From a virus (lineage: Duplodnaviria > Caudoviricetes): DNA of 64,000 nucleotides. The stretch's first letter is position 1; each line of letters opens with the position of its first letter. Made by a program: the position numbers and the translations under genes. The stretch spans positions 1-64,000 of IMG/VR virus record IMGVR_UViG_3300032250_000449, one strand, 5' to 3'. Positions 37,846-48,293 of this stretch are shown here, in pieces. Below the pieces are notes generated by a model that did not search any database, had not been told where the DNA came from, and saw only the letters and a program-made list of their open reading frames with translations.

Positions 37846-39012
37846 TTAGAAGAACATCAAATCTCTGTTCGGATTACGAACTAAATCAATTATTTCATCA
37901 TCAGGTTGGCCATCGTCCATAAATCCAAATGGTGTCAGATCGTTCTCTAATTCTTCTTCTGTTTTATCTCTTAATTTCATTAATGTGTTAATATCAGTTA
38001 ATTCTTTGAAATACTGTTGGTCGGTCATCCATGCGAATAGTACCAAACCCATTACTAGATCATCATTACATCCCGGCTCAGCTTCGTAAGATGTTCCTTT
38101 TTTAGAAAATCTAGATAATTCGTGGATCGTGTCGTGATCGTTTATGATCAATTGTCTCTGTTCGACTAAAAGCTTCAGCATAGAACAACCAATAGCTTTT
38201 ACAGTCTTGGTTGTTCTAATTCCTCTATCAATCCCGCTTCCTTTACCAAAACCAGTTGATATTCTTTTTCCTCTTGCGCCAGCATTTTCTGTATATACAA
38301 TAGTTTCACACTCATAATCATAATATAATGAATCAGCGACTTGTGCGCCAACATCATTAATTTCTACTAGGATCGTAGCATTATTATATGCTCTTGAAGT
38401 CCTGTATATTGTTCCGCTATAATCAAGCGGTGTTACCATGTTGTTTTTGTATGTGCATACTTGTTGGTATGGCATAGTTGTAACATCGATTACCTGAAAT
38501 GCAGAGTAATCTAGTCCTTTTCCTCTTGACACATCGACAACGATAACATAGCTATGATCTTTTATTGGATCATAGTATTTATTCAAGCCGTCATGGGAAT
38601 AATTTGCATTTTGAGAAACAAGTGTCTTTAAAACAGCACCAGAAATGAGTGTACCTGATGAACCAAGGAATTGACAATTATGACTGACAATACCATTAGT
38701 ATAGTATTCGTGGTGTTTCTCAACTTCTAGAATATCATAAACAAATTCTTTTTGATGAAGAGATTTGTGTACATTGATAACCGGATCATACCCATCCTTA
38801 GTTGATAATAAATCATTATCATCAAGGCATTGGGCGGCTACAAACCCCCATGAAGTTTTTACAGGATGATCCAAAGTACATTTTAGTGTTTTTCCACTAA
38901 AAGTTGTGATGTCAGCGATGCCACTTTTAGTGGATTTTTTAACTCCAGAAAATACAGACCAACCAGAAGGAGTAAGTATTTCATATCTATTATTAACAGC
39001 GAGTTCTTTCAC
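37846..39012 (-). CDS. 17: Large terminase C-terminal part: 112-aa C-intein fused to nuclease domain
   Basis: GTG start with AGAGG RBS; ...YYTNGIVSHN|CQFLGSSGTLI; DVSRG.G.DYSA, DDLVM. Confidence 0.92.
   Translation of the reverse strand: MKELAVNNRYEILTPSGWSVFSGVKKSTKSGIADITTFSGKTLKCTLDHPVKTSWGFVAAQCLDDNDLLSTKDGYDPVINVHKSLHQKEFVYDILEVEKHHEYYTNGIVSHNCQFLGSSGTLISGAVLKTLVSQNANYSHDGLNKYYDPIKDHSYVIVVDVSRGKGLDYSAFQVIDVTTMPYQQVCTYKNNMVTPLDYSGTIYRTSRAYNNATILVEINDVGAQVADSLYYDYECETIVYTENAGARGKRISTGFGKGSGIDRGIRTTKTVKAIGCSMLKLLVEQRQLIINDHDTIHELSRFSKKGTSYEAEPGCNDDLVMGLVLFAWMTDQQYFKELTDINTLMKLRDKTEEELENDLTPFGFMDDGQPDDEIIDLVRNPNRDLMFF
38677..39012 (-). mobile_element. Split intein, C-fragment (112 aa)
   Basis: Block B T.DH (CTLDHP), block F VYD, terminal SHN followed by Cys+1. 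Confidence 0.92.
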
Positions 39013-39670
39013 CTGTTATATATCCTCTGATTAATTGACTTGTAGTGCCAAACTGTTCTGCGAAATATTTCGCATATAGGGTTACTTTATTTAATTTTTT
39101 TCCGTTTGATGATGTAAGTATAGAATAATCGACACCTGAAACCACCTTACATCTGTCTGTTTTTTTCACAGATGCTTTGATAAATTCATTATCAAACACA
39201 ATAGTGTCATTATTGAATGAATGTATTATGAATGCCAATTGTTCATCAGTAATTTTTTTAGTCGTAGATTTGCCTTTACGCTGTTCACTGAATAATTTTT
39301 TTGTTTTTTCACTATGATGTTTTCCTTTAATCCAAGGAATTCTTCCTTTGGCAGTTTCACTCATTTTCTTTCTTGATTGTTTGGTAAATTTATAACCAAA
39401 GGTATTAAATTTACAATCCTCATTAAGTCCTTTACCAGTAGGGGTCATATTTAATCCGTGGGAATATGTATCATATAGATTTATATAATATTCTTCCAAT
39501 TCCTCAGCTTGATCATAAGAATCTCCCTCCCAAAGTATTTCAATTGCACTAATACCACATTCAAATCTTTTTGATTTTTTATGCTGATAAAGTCTTTGTT
39601 TTGTATTTACGGTGATACCAACATATTCTAATCCGTCAGTTCTCGTAATCTTATATACTGAGACAGTCAT
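38993..39670 (-). mobile_element. GIY-YIG homing endonuclease with NUMOD3 repeats inside fractured terminase
   Basis: SVYKI...YVGIT...R..QH, E..YI, GLN.T..G; GYKFTKQSRKKMS, GKHHSEKTKK. Confidence 0.9.
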
Positions 39671-39679
39671 ATTTTTTAT

Positions 39680-39723
39680 CCTAGAAACACATAATACTAT
39701 TTATAAGAATGTGAATTTCTAGG
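39680..39723 (-). promoter_or_regulatory. Late promoter (39698-39705) inside hairpin that sequesters the endonuclease RBS
   Basis: CCTAGAAA-TT-CACAT..TATAAATA..ATGTG-TTTCTAGG-A. Confidence 0.75.
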
Positions 39724-39724
39724 T

Positions 39725-40630
39725 TTATACATCCATAGATAACCAATTATAAAAATCATCTACCCTAGTGTCAAATATTTCACCTGTAATAGTATCACGA
39801 ACAGTTATTATAGTGTCTCCTGCAACACACTCAAATTCCTGAGCAAACTTCTCAAGGTCAAAATCCATAGCAGCAATGGTTTCTTTATACCATACTTCAC
39901 CACGACCGGGAACACGTTGCCAAGGAACTTCAACATACTGATATCCGTTTGTGCCGTTCTTTGCGCCAGAGCATGTTTTGTAGAAGTGATTTAAACCATT
40001 TGGTGTGGATGTAAACAGAATCTTTGTTGTCTCACCAGATGATATGGTTGGGAAAACTGAAGCAAAGAACTCATCCCAATTTTCAACGAATGCAGCTTCA
40101 TCAATGTATAGCAGTGAAATCGACTTACCACGAATGGCAGAGGAGCTTGTAGCAGCCGCAAGAACCTTACAACCGTTCTCTAGTTCGATAGAACCCTTAT
40201 TCCACTCTAAAACTCCTTGCTGTAGCCAATCAGGAAGGCTTTCATATGATAGCTTGATACGGTCAAGGATTTCACGTGCGGCATCGCCCTTGTTTGCTAG
40301 AAGGGCAACTGTCTTATGTTCATTGAATAGAATGTAATGGAGAATGATTGCAGCCGCTGTAGTGGTCTTACCAGCCTGTCGAGATGTAACAACCGTAACA
40401 CGACGATTGTTCATCAGTTTTACCATGATTTCTTTCTGGTAATCGTATAGTACAATAGGGATCAATCCCCTGTCAACATGAACAATATGAATATATTTTT
40501 CAGCAAAATAAATTGGATCATCTTTACATTTTATAAACTCCTGAAGCATCTCAGCAGTCCATTGAATTTGTCTTCTCGCCTTCTTCAAAAGCGGGTTGCC
40601 ATTGTATCCCTTATTCGGTATTATTGCCAT
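39725..40630 (-). CDS. 17: Large terminase N-terminal ATPase part plus N-intein
   Basis: Y.GNP.LK, SRQAGKTT, YIDEAAF, TSTPNG. Confidence 0.95.
   Translation of the reverse strand: MAIIPNKGYNGNPLLKKARRQIQWTAEMLQEFIKCKDDPIYFAEKYIHIVHVDRGLIPIVLYDYQKEIMVKLMNNRRVTVVTSRQAGKTTTAAAIILHYILFNEHKTVALLANKGDAAREILDRIKLSYESLPDWLQQGVLEWNKGSIELENGCKVLAAATSSSAIRGKSISLLYIDEAAFVENWDEFFASVFPTISSGETTKILFTSTPNGLNHFYKTCSGAKNGTNGYQYVEVPWQRVPGRGEVWYKETIAAMDFDLEKFAQEFECVAGDTIITVRDTITGEIFDTRVDDFYNWLSMDV
39728..39829 (-). mobile_element. Split intein, N-fragment (34 aa)
   Basis: ...QEFE|CVAGDTIITVRD...DDFYNWLSMDV-stop (block A). Confidence 0.9.
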
Positions 40631-41033
40631 CTTTTTTCTTCATGTTTTCAAGCATCTGTTGAAGTTCAGCAGTCGATCCTACAAACAAATTATTGTTGAT
40701 TGTTTGACCGCTTTCTTCTGGCTTTTTAGCAACGAGTTTTGCTTTTTTGGCTTGTAAATCGACAAGACCCATGCTAATATCAGCGTAGGTTTTTATCATT
40801 GAATTAAGAACTTCATATGCTTTAGGGTGTTGTGATTGCTGAGCGATTGTAAGCATATCTTGAACCGCTACTTGACTAAGATCAATTGCATTTGTCAGGT
40901 TCTCACGAGCCTGTTCAACGTCTTCTTCTAGCTGCTCGTTGTCTGTTTGTACAACAGCAGGAACAAGGTCTTTCTTATCGTCAAATTGTGCCATTGGATT
41001 TAATCCCAAGGCATTGTCTAAGTATTTTGACAT
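40611..41033 (-). CDS. 16: Small terminase
   Basis: HPKAYEV, NNNLFVGSTAELQ. Confidence 0.93.
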   Translation of the reverse strand: MSKYLDNALGLNPMAQFDDKKDLVPAVVQTDNEQLEEDVEQARENLTNAIDLSQVAVQDMLTIAQQSQHPKAYEVLNSMIKTYADISMGLVDLQAKKAKLVAKKPEESGQTINNNLFVGSTAELQQMLENMKKKDGNNTE

Positions 41034-42091
41034 TAGTAATTCTCGTATAAGTTTAGAATGAAGCCGTAATCTGAATCGTATTGAATATTATCGTAGTTTT
41101 TAAGGTTATACACCGGTTTTCTTGTAATTGTACTAATTGTTCCAACTGCATTTGATTGTTGACCTCTGACGGTATTACCAACTGCTAATGAACCGTTTAC
41201 CATACTTGTATCAATATGAGTTGCATTGCTTTGTCTGACATATACGTAATTCAAATTATCAAGATAAACCTTTTCAGTTTGAATAAATTGTCCTGTAACA
41301 CCTGTTAAAGCATACTCAAAAATAGCATTATTTGAATGTGCTGGCTGACCATTTGAATATTGTGCAGGAAAGATTTCCATATTAACTTGTGATGGTGAGT
41401 TGTTTTGTGTAGCGTATTCCATTAAAATGTTTCCGGGAGGAATACTAATATTTGCATCAATCTCTTTAATAATACCGGTGCTAGCAGAAAGGGTTGGTCC
41501 AAAGAAATACCCCTTAATAGTAAAATTTAGCGTCCATATAATAGCTCTACGATTTATGAAATCACCTTCATAAGTGTCTTCGCAAACAATATTATCAAGT
41601 GTGATTGGTATGTCATGCTTGATATTCATCTCTGGTACAAGATTAAGGGTAGCAGACCACATAGGATTGAAATATGGTAGAATCTGCTCTATGATGTATG
41701 TACCATCTTCAGCATTCTTAACCATTATTTTTAGTGTAATGTCAATGTTATATGGAACAGGCATATATTGATAAAGAACACCCGGTGGATAATTCGGATC
41801 AGGTGTAGTTATTTTATTTGTTAGTGGAAGTTTTCTATTAGAATCGTATGTAATTCCTGTGATTTCAAATGCCATGCGTGGTAATTGCATAGCAATAGGA
41901 CGCTGTAGATCAGGATTTCCTTCTAGTCGTGCAAGAAACTTTTCATGAGGACCATAATTCAACGGCACTTTCATGTTTTGAACAAGATTGCCATCATTAT
42001 CATATCTGTTGATCCAGATATTATTGAAGAGAGTGCCAAAATAAATAATGTATTTTCTTAAAGTACCGTGACCAAACGTTGTGCTAAACAT
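41033..42091 (-). CDS. 15: Tail sheath stabiliser/completion protein
   Basis: FGTLFN, VPL.YGP..KFL, LPRMAFE, EQILPYF.P. Confidence 0.93.
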   Translation of the reverse strand: MFSTTFGHGTLRKYIIYFGTLFNNIWINRYDNDGNLVQNMKVPLNYGPHEKFLARLEGNPDLQRPIAMQLPRMAFEITGITYDSNRKLPLTNKITTPDPNYPPGVLYQYMPVPYNIDITLKIMVKNAEDGTYIIEQILPYFNPMWSATLNLVPEMNIKHDIPITLDNIVCEDTYEGDFINRRAIIWTLNFTIKGYFFGPTLSASTGIIKEIDANISIPPGNILMEYATQNNSPSQVNMEIFPAQYSNGQPAHSNNAIFEYALTGVTGQFIQTEKVYLDNLNYVYVRQSNATHIDTSMVNGSLAVGNTVRGQQSNAVGTISTITRKPVYNLKNYDNIQYDSDYGFILNLYENY

Positions 42092-42756
42092 TAAACATCT
42101 CCATTACTGAAAGGATCAACGTTAGACCAATCTATAATATCAGCACCATCTTGTTGAAACTCGACATTTGTTTCAAACACATCAAGCATAGCTGCTTCAT
42201 ATGCAGTATCGTCTGTAACGTTTGAAACTGTGTATTTTGTTTCAATCGAATCGATTTCATATATACCAGTATTGAAGAATTCATTAGAATATTCCCAAAC
42301 ATCACATGCAATATCCCAGAGTTGTAGATTTCCCATTTGATAGAAAATGGCCGTCTGGTTAACATATTTAATAACAAAAAGACGCTTCATCATTGTTGAG
42401 TAAATTAGATCACCTTCACGAGGTCTTTGAATTTCTGGTTGTTGTGTTGATACTTCTTTACCAAATGCTCTTCTAGCGATAGTAAATGTTACAGAATCTC
42501 TGATTTCTAGGTTGAACTTAGACAAGAATGTACCATCACCTTCATAAGAATCGTATGATTTAATGTACATATCAATTTCATATGAATTATTGTATGAAGA
42601 TAGAGTATCTTCGCCATAGATATCATCTTTTTTAACTAATTTTCTTGGAAGATAATAAACCGTGTGTCCATATATCGATAGGCTCTCATTGATCAGAGAT
42701 TCAATAAGGTCTTGTTCTGCATAGTTGTTAAAGTTGTCAAAATAGACGCTTGGCAT
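42091..42756 (-). CDS. 14: Neck protein
   Basis: EQDL...L..E....YG..V.Y.PR, SKF, RP.EGDLIY, DPF. Confidence 0.93.
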   Translation of the reverse strand: MPSVYFDNFNNYAEQDLIESLINESLSIYGHTVYYLPRKLVKKDDIYGEDTLSSYNNSYEIDMYIKSYDSYEGDGTFLSKFNLEIRDSVTFTIARRAFGKEVSTQQPEIQRPREGDLIYSTMMKRLFVIKYVNQTAIFYQMGNLQLWDIACDVWEYSNEFFNTGIYEIDSIETKYTVSNVTDDTAYEAAMLDVFETNVEFQQDGADIIDWSNVDPFSNGDV

Positions 42757-42790
42757 TTAATATTCCTAAGTATTTGATTTAATTGTATTT

Positions 42791-43534
42791 TTAACCTATC
42801 ATATCCGAAACCGGCAAACTGTAGCTGCTAATCATCTCTGCTTCCATCTTTTCGATTTCTTGCTGAGCATCACCTAAAATCTTTTCACCATTAAACTGTA
42901 CACCGCCCGGCAATGACATACCAGTGAACTTGGTGAGGTTGCTACCCCATTGATACTTGATCTTTGCAGTGCAGTAATTTTGTAACCAACGATCAGACCA
43001 AACTTCTGTATATATTTCAGGATCAACTATCTCATACGCTTCGACCAGAAGGTACTCACCAACATTCACTTTCGACCAATCCATGTCAACATATAGACGA
43101 TCTTTGTGTCTATTATATCTTATTGGTTGTTGACCAACCAGCAACTCTGAGATAAGTGAAAGATGTTCCATGGCCATATAGTAAGGGACCATAGAAACGC
43201 TTGTCAGAGAGTAAAGATCATTTAGAGCAATCTGATAGCGAATGTTGAATAAATCATCTGAGCGAATGCTAGGATCAGCAATAGGAAACACTCTCACAGC
43301 ACCAATTATGTTTTCTGGAAGTGTTATATATTTGTCGATTACGTTGTTTGCATCAATCTGATGTTTGTAATAAATCTTCTCACTACCATCAAAGTGATAG
43401 TCCCAATAATAACGAAGACATTCGTCAATACGATCATCAACTTGATCGTCATCAACGTTGATTTCGATTACAGGTTTGCCTAGCTTACGAAGGCAATATT
43501 CTTTGAAAGAATCTCTGGTTGTTGGAACTGACAT
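42791..43534 (-). CDS. 13: Neck protein
   Basis: YCLR.LG.PVIEINV, YH.DG, QWG.NL.KF.G..LPGG; late promoter at 43557-43564. Confidence 0.94.
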   Translation of the reverse strand: MSVPTTRDSFKEYCLRKLGKPVIEINVDDDQVDDRIDECLRYYWDYHFDGSEKIYYKHQIDANNVIDKYITLPENIIGAVRVFPIADPSIRSDDLFNIRYQIALNDLYSLTSVSMVPYYMAMEHLSLISELLVGQQPIRYNRHKDRLYVDMDWSKVNVGEYLLVEAYEIVDPEIYTEVWSDRWLQNYCTAKIKYQWGSNLTKFTGMSLPGGVQFNGEKILGDAQQEIEKMEAEMISSYSLPVSDMIG

Positions 43535-43568
43535 TTATTTTTTCCTAGTTTTATTGTATTTATATTAT

Positions 43569-46500
43569 TTAAAACATTTGTAAGAACTTACCATCAAACC
43601 TATACTGGAAAATAATATTGGCATTATTGCCTTGATTAAGATTCTGATTTGATGTTAAAGCTATAAACTTGTTAGGCGGATACTGAGGTGTAGTAGTAAT
43701 ATATGAAATATATGAATTTGATAGATTTATATAATTCTGACCAACATAATTAATAACTGTGTTACCATAAATCGATCCTGATATAGTGCAATTATTTAAT
43801 TCCAAATTTTTTACGTTATAAGGATATGCATTTTCTTGAAAATTAACCACTTTTCTTATGGTATTCATGTTTTTGATGTTGTTTATAGTTTTACCAGCCA
43901 TATAAATATTAGTGGTGTTACTAATAGCAATAGAATGTAGCTCTATGTCTATATTAGAATAATTTGCATTTGGATTGTTATCCTCAATATTTATTGGATA
44001 GTATTGATTATTATTAGGATTTCGTGATCCATAAAATTGTATCTTACCTCCTACACTGCTAGATAAAACGTTACAATATGTAGTAACATCTGACACTTCG
44101 TCATAAGAAGACACAACATAACTAGCACTAGGTATTACTGATCCTTGCATACCATGTATTCTTAATATACCACCCTTTAAATCTAGTGTTCCACCTCCTG
44201 AAATAAAAAACCCACCCTGTACAGTATATCCATTTAAATCAAGTTTTCCATTAAATATTGTAGGCAAGTCACCACTAGAGCCGCTAGTAGAATAGTTAGT
44301 AGAATTACCAAATGTTATATTGTTTAATAATGAAAGAGTTCCATTTGTCGTAGGGGTATTAAAATTAAGATAAAAATTAGAACAGGATAAACTTCCATCT
44401 TGTTTTCTTATTCTTAATGTTTTTGTGTCTTCGCCAGTATAAAATAAAACATCGTTTAATATAATACTATTGCAATTTGCATTACCATAAATTCTTGCAG
44501 TCCCCGATCCTGTTATATCATTTGTGTTGATATCGTATAGGTTTGCAGTCACCGCACCACCCACAATTATATTTGCTACATTTATGGTTCCATATACATA
44601 GGTAGTGCCAGTAAAGGTTACGGTATGCACAGCGCCTGTTATGTTATTATATGAACCTGATACAGAAGGAAGTGTAATCGAAGGACCATATGTAAAATTA
44701 ATATTTGCCCAAGAAATGTTAGAATATACTGCTTGTGGAAAAAAGGTTGCATTTATTTGTACAGGAGACTGAGTAGTTCCAGACCAAGGTGTTAAATATA
44801 TATTACTACTACTAGACGAAGTAATTGTTGTTGTATCACCAGCAATTGGCGGTTCTAATGAAATATTGGTCATGTAAACACCAAAACTAGTTACAGTGTT
44901 GCATTGCAGTCTTGTCTTAGGAGATATACATGTAATAGTTTGATTGCATAACAAATTATTTGTTATCTTAACTTCATTTGTCGAACAATCCACCTCTAAC
45001 GGGAATGTAATAGTATTTGGACAAGTAATAGTTATGGTGTTATTAGACACCGGATAAAATGAATCCTGAACAATAATTGTCTGTGAAGATGTAGAAGGAA
45101 GGGTCATAGTATTTGAAAATATTAAGTCACCATATACATATGATAACGTAGGAACACCAAAGGTTCTTGAAAAACTTCCAAAATCACTATCAAAGTTAAG
45201 ACCTGATGCCCTTCCACTTAAATTAAATGTAGTACTTGCGGTTGTACCTCTGACTTTTAAGTAAGGTCCACTACCATCACCGAACGCAGTAAGATCAGCA
45301 GTATATGTGCGTGATCCACCAAGAGTATGATTGCAATTGTATCTTACAACAGGAGCGGTGTCAACCAAATCGGTCTGAATAGTAAAGTTGGTATTTGTTG
45401 ATGGTATAGAAAGTAATGTCCCCGAAGATACTCCATATGCATTAACCATCATATAACCATCACCAAAATCTAACGATGCTGCGCTTGCGCCAGCAGATGC
45501 CGTATAGCCGGTTGTTTCTACATTATATGCTGATGTAGGATATTTATCATAAAAACGAAAAGCTCCCGAATTATGTGTTATCGTGCCGGTACAATAAAAA
45601 TTATCATATAGATATACATCACCGTCTATAGTTAAGCTTGCTACAGCATTAGCAGCATTGAAATTTTTTATTCTACATGTTCCACTCAATGTTATAGGAC
45701 TTAATGTTGAACCTTGTTTAAATATAAAAACAGGATATGCATTAAATCCGTCTATCTGAGGAATTATAGGGCCTGTGATAGATATAGAATTTGATCCATT
45801 ATAAGTCGATGTAATGAATAGAGTTACTCCACCATTACCGGTTCCTCCTGATAATGTCAGATTTGTTGTTGATGGATTGAAAATTGTACCAGAACCTGAT
45901 ATAGAAATAGACTTGCTATACCCACAATCTATATCTCTATTTAATATACCCGCTGATACAAATGTAGAGCAAGTAAGATCAGCAGTCAGTTTTAATTTAC
46001 CAGCAGTAAAGGTAAAAGTTCCTGTACATAAGCAAGAATCTCTTAATGTTAGACCATTTAATGTTCCAGTATCGGATGATACAAACCCAATATTAGTGCC
46101 TGTATATGTGCCTGATCCTATAGTCAATCCTGCAAAACTTCCATTAATAGTAGTTCCAACATACGATGGGTTGGTTGCATTTACGACTGAAAATACAGAA
46201 AATGTAAATGAAGTTACTGCATCCATTAAGAAATAAGGATATTTGCTTGAAGGCGAGTAGTCTGCTGTGTATATTGATGTAGTCGCACTAGTATTTGTAA
46301 ACTTAAATACCGGATTTCCAGCGCCAGCAAAAGTCAATGATAAACCAGATAAATTGTCTGGAATATAATATGGACTTGATGATGTGGATGTACCTGAGTT
46401 TGTTAAAGTAATATACGAACTTGTACCAAACTTTATTGTTCTTGCATTTGTATTTGATGCCGCAGTAACATATTCTTTAGCTGTTATAGAAACGTTATTA

Positions 46501-48281
46501 GTTTCTAAATCTAAAGTATCATTTGTATGTGTAAGAGTACCCATAGTTAATGCTTCAATAATATATAAGGTAGTTGCAACGCCAGCAGTGCCTACTGTAA
46601 CGCTTCCCGTTCCTACCCAAGAACCCGCACCCGCTGCTAGATTAGCATATCCAGTAAAAGTAGTGGTGCCTGTTCCAGACATAGAAAATATTGGAAGATT
46701 ACCAATACTGATTGTATTGTTGATTGTTATAGCAGTTGATGACGCAAATGAACTTCTTACTCTAGGTATACCACTAAATGTACAATTCGGATTAGTGAAA
46801 TTCCATATGTTTCCGCTTCCTGAAAGAACAAGATTATATGTTCCAGAAAAAGATAGTGGAAAGGCAATTGATGATGTTGCCGATGTAGTGGCTATAAAAC
46901 TAGAAGCATTTAAGACACCACCAGTAATATCTAAAGTTCCACCATCAAGTGTTACTGCACCACCAGTAAATGTCAATCCATTAGAGTTAACTTTAACTAC
47001 AGCATTATTTTGTATTGTAAGAGGACCAATACCTGATGTAGTTCCTTGCACAAAACAGGTACCAGTAGTTACACCACTGCTTGTTATAGTGACAGGACCA
47101 GTACCAGAATTAATAATAAATGTAGGATAGTTTGTAGGTGTAGATGCGTTTAGAGGGGCCAATATAATTGTTCTTAATCCACTTGATGCATATGACAAGC
47201 TTACAAGAGGTGTTCCGTTTATAGTATAACCACTAACAAAATTCCATACACTTCCTTGATCATTAAGTATCAAGTTTGTACCACTAGATGGAAAAGTTAT
47301 AGTTCCACTGTTTGGTCCAGTTATAGATGATGCCGTTAATACACCTGACGCAAGGTTTAAAGTTCCACCAGATATACTTACGATGGCTCCTGTGAGAGTG
47401 AAACCATTTGAAGCGACAATAACAGTAGTGTTGCTGCTTATTGTCATCGTAGAAGGACTTGTAGTTCCTCTAACATAACAGGCACCACCACCAGAAAAAG
47501 TCAATGTACCACTAGAAGCACCACTAAAAATAAATATAGGATAGTTTGTAGGTGTAGATGCGTTTAGAGTAGATACTACAATACTTCTTGCCCCGCTTGC
47601 TGAATGGGTCAAGTTTACAGTAGGAGTTCCAACTATTGATAAACCTGATGTTGAAACGTTCCAAGGACTGACACCAGTTAATGACATAGAAGAAGAAGCA
47701 CCAAATGTTAACGTTCTTGTTCCTGCCCCAGACGATTCAAAAAGAGTAGACGTAAGTGTAGTAGTACCTAAATTTAAATTTCCTTGCGTAAGAGAAACAC
47801 CACTAGCATTACTTACACGTAGGTTTCCTGTTAAATTAAATGTTGTCGTAGACGATCCATTAAATATAACAGCCGCTGCAATCAAGTTCGCATTAAGATC
47901 AGGATTTATATTATAACTTGAGCCTTGTCCATTGAATCTGAGAAAGCCATTTGAAGTCCATGCTACGCTTAGAGCAGCAGAAAGGTTCATATTACCAGAA
48001 ACTGTTAGAATACCACTGGTGCCAGCCATAGTTAAACCTACAACACCACTGCTACCACCAAATGTTATATCTCTACAAACTGCACCACCGCCTGCTGCGG
48101 GTATCGTGACAGAGAAATTTCCTGATGCTTTATAGATAATCACGTCATCATTAGCATTTGGTAGAGCAGCAGGAGCAGAACCACTTGGAACGCCACCATT
48201 GTCTGTTCTCCAATGTGATAATGTATTCCATGTTGCTGAAGTTGATGCGGCAGATGTACCAATCAAATATAGTGTTGCCAT
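43569..48281 (-). CDS. Very large S/T/G/N-rich virion protein (beta-helix adhesin/fibre-like, 1570 aa)
   Basis: Composition; degenerate internal repeats (LNASTPTNYP x2); position in late cluster. Confidence 0.7.
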   Translation of the reverse strand: MATLYLIGTSAASTSATWNTLSHWRTDNGGVPSGSAPAALPNANDDVIIYKASGNFSVTIPAAGGGAVCRDITFGGSSGVVGLTMAGTSGILTVSGNMNLSAALSVAWTSNGFLRFNGQGSSYNINPDLNANLIAAAVIFNGSSTTTFNLTGNLRVSNASGVSLTQGNLNLGTTTLTSTLFESSGAGTRTLTFGASSSMSLTGVSPWNVSTSGLSIVGTPTVNLTHSASGARSIVVSTLNASTPTNYPIFIFSGASSGTLTFSGGGACYVRGTTSPSTMTISSNTTVIVASNGFTLTGAIVSISGGTLNLASGVLTASSITGPNSGTITFPSSGTNLILNDQGSVWNFVSGYTINGTPLVSLSYASSGLRTIILAPLNASTPTNYPTFIINSGTGPVTITSSGVTTGTCFVQGTTSGIGPLTIQNNAVVKVNSNGLTFTGGAVTLDGGTLDITGGVLNASSFIATTSATSSIAFPLSFSGTYNLVLSGSGNIWNFTNPNCTFSGIPRVRSSFASSTAITINNTISIGNLPIFSMSGTGTTTFTGYANLAAGAGSWVGTGSVTVGTAGVATTLYIIEALTMGTLTHTNDTLDLETNNVSITAKEYVTAASNTNARTIKFGTSSYITLTNSGTSTSSSPYYIPDNLSGLSLTFAGAGNPVFKFTNTSATTSIYTADYSPSSKYPYFLMDAVTSFTFSVFSVVNATNPSYVGTTINGSFAGLTIGSGTYTGTNIGFVSSDTGTLNGLTLRDSCLCTGTFTFTAGKLKLTADLTCSTFVSAGILNRDIDCGYSKSISISGSGTIFNPSTTNLTLSGGTGNGGVTLFITSTYNGSNSISITGPIIPQIDGFNAYPVFIFKQGSTLSPITLSGTCRIKNFNAANAVASLTIDGDVYLYDNFYCTGTITHNSGAFRFYDKYPTSAYNVETTGYTASAGASAASLDFGDGYMMVNAYGVSSGTLLSIPSTNTNFTIQTDLVDTAPVVRYNCNHTLGGSRTYTADLTAFGDGSGPYLKVRGTTASTTFNLSGRASGLNFDSDFGSFSRTFGVPTLSYVYGDLIFSNTMTLPSTSSQTIIVQDSFYPVSNNTITITCPNTITFPLEVDCSTNEVKITNNLLCNQTITCISPKTRLQCNTVTSFGVYMTNISLEPPIAGDTTTITSSSSSNIYLTPWSGTTQSPVQINATFFPQAVYSNISWANINFTYGPSITLPSVSGSYNNITGAVHTVTFTGTTYVYGTINVANIIVGGAVTANLYDINTNDITGSGTARIYGNANCNSIILNDVLFYTGEDTKTLRIRKQDGSLSCSNFYLNFNTPTTNGTLSLLNNITFGNSTNYSTSGSSGDLPTIFNGKLDLNGYTVQGGFFISGGGTLDLKGGILRIHGMQGSVIPSASYVVSSYDEVSDVTTYCNVLSSSVGGKIQFYGSRNPNNNQYYPINIEDNNPNANYSNIDIELHSIAISNTTNIYMAGKTINNIKNMNTIRKVVNFQENAYPYNVKNLELNNCTISGSIYGNTVINYVGQNYINLSNSYISYITTTPQYPPNKFIALTSNQNLNQGNNANIIFQYRFDGKFLQMF

Positions 48282-48293
48282 AATATATTCCTT

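Noticed and set aside
38993-39724. Group I intron explaining the split terminase
   Set aside because: No P/Q/R/S core elements seen and almost no non-coding space; both halves carry intein motifs and their own starts.
45814-48135. Long plus-strand ORFs opposite structural genes (also 21386-21865, 10521-10970 and others)
   Set aside because: Antisense shadows of biased codon usage, with no RBS or recognisable motifs.
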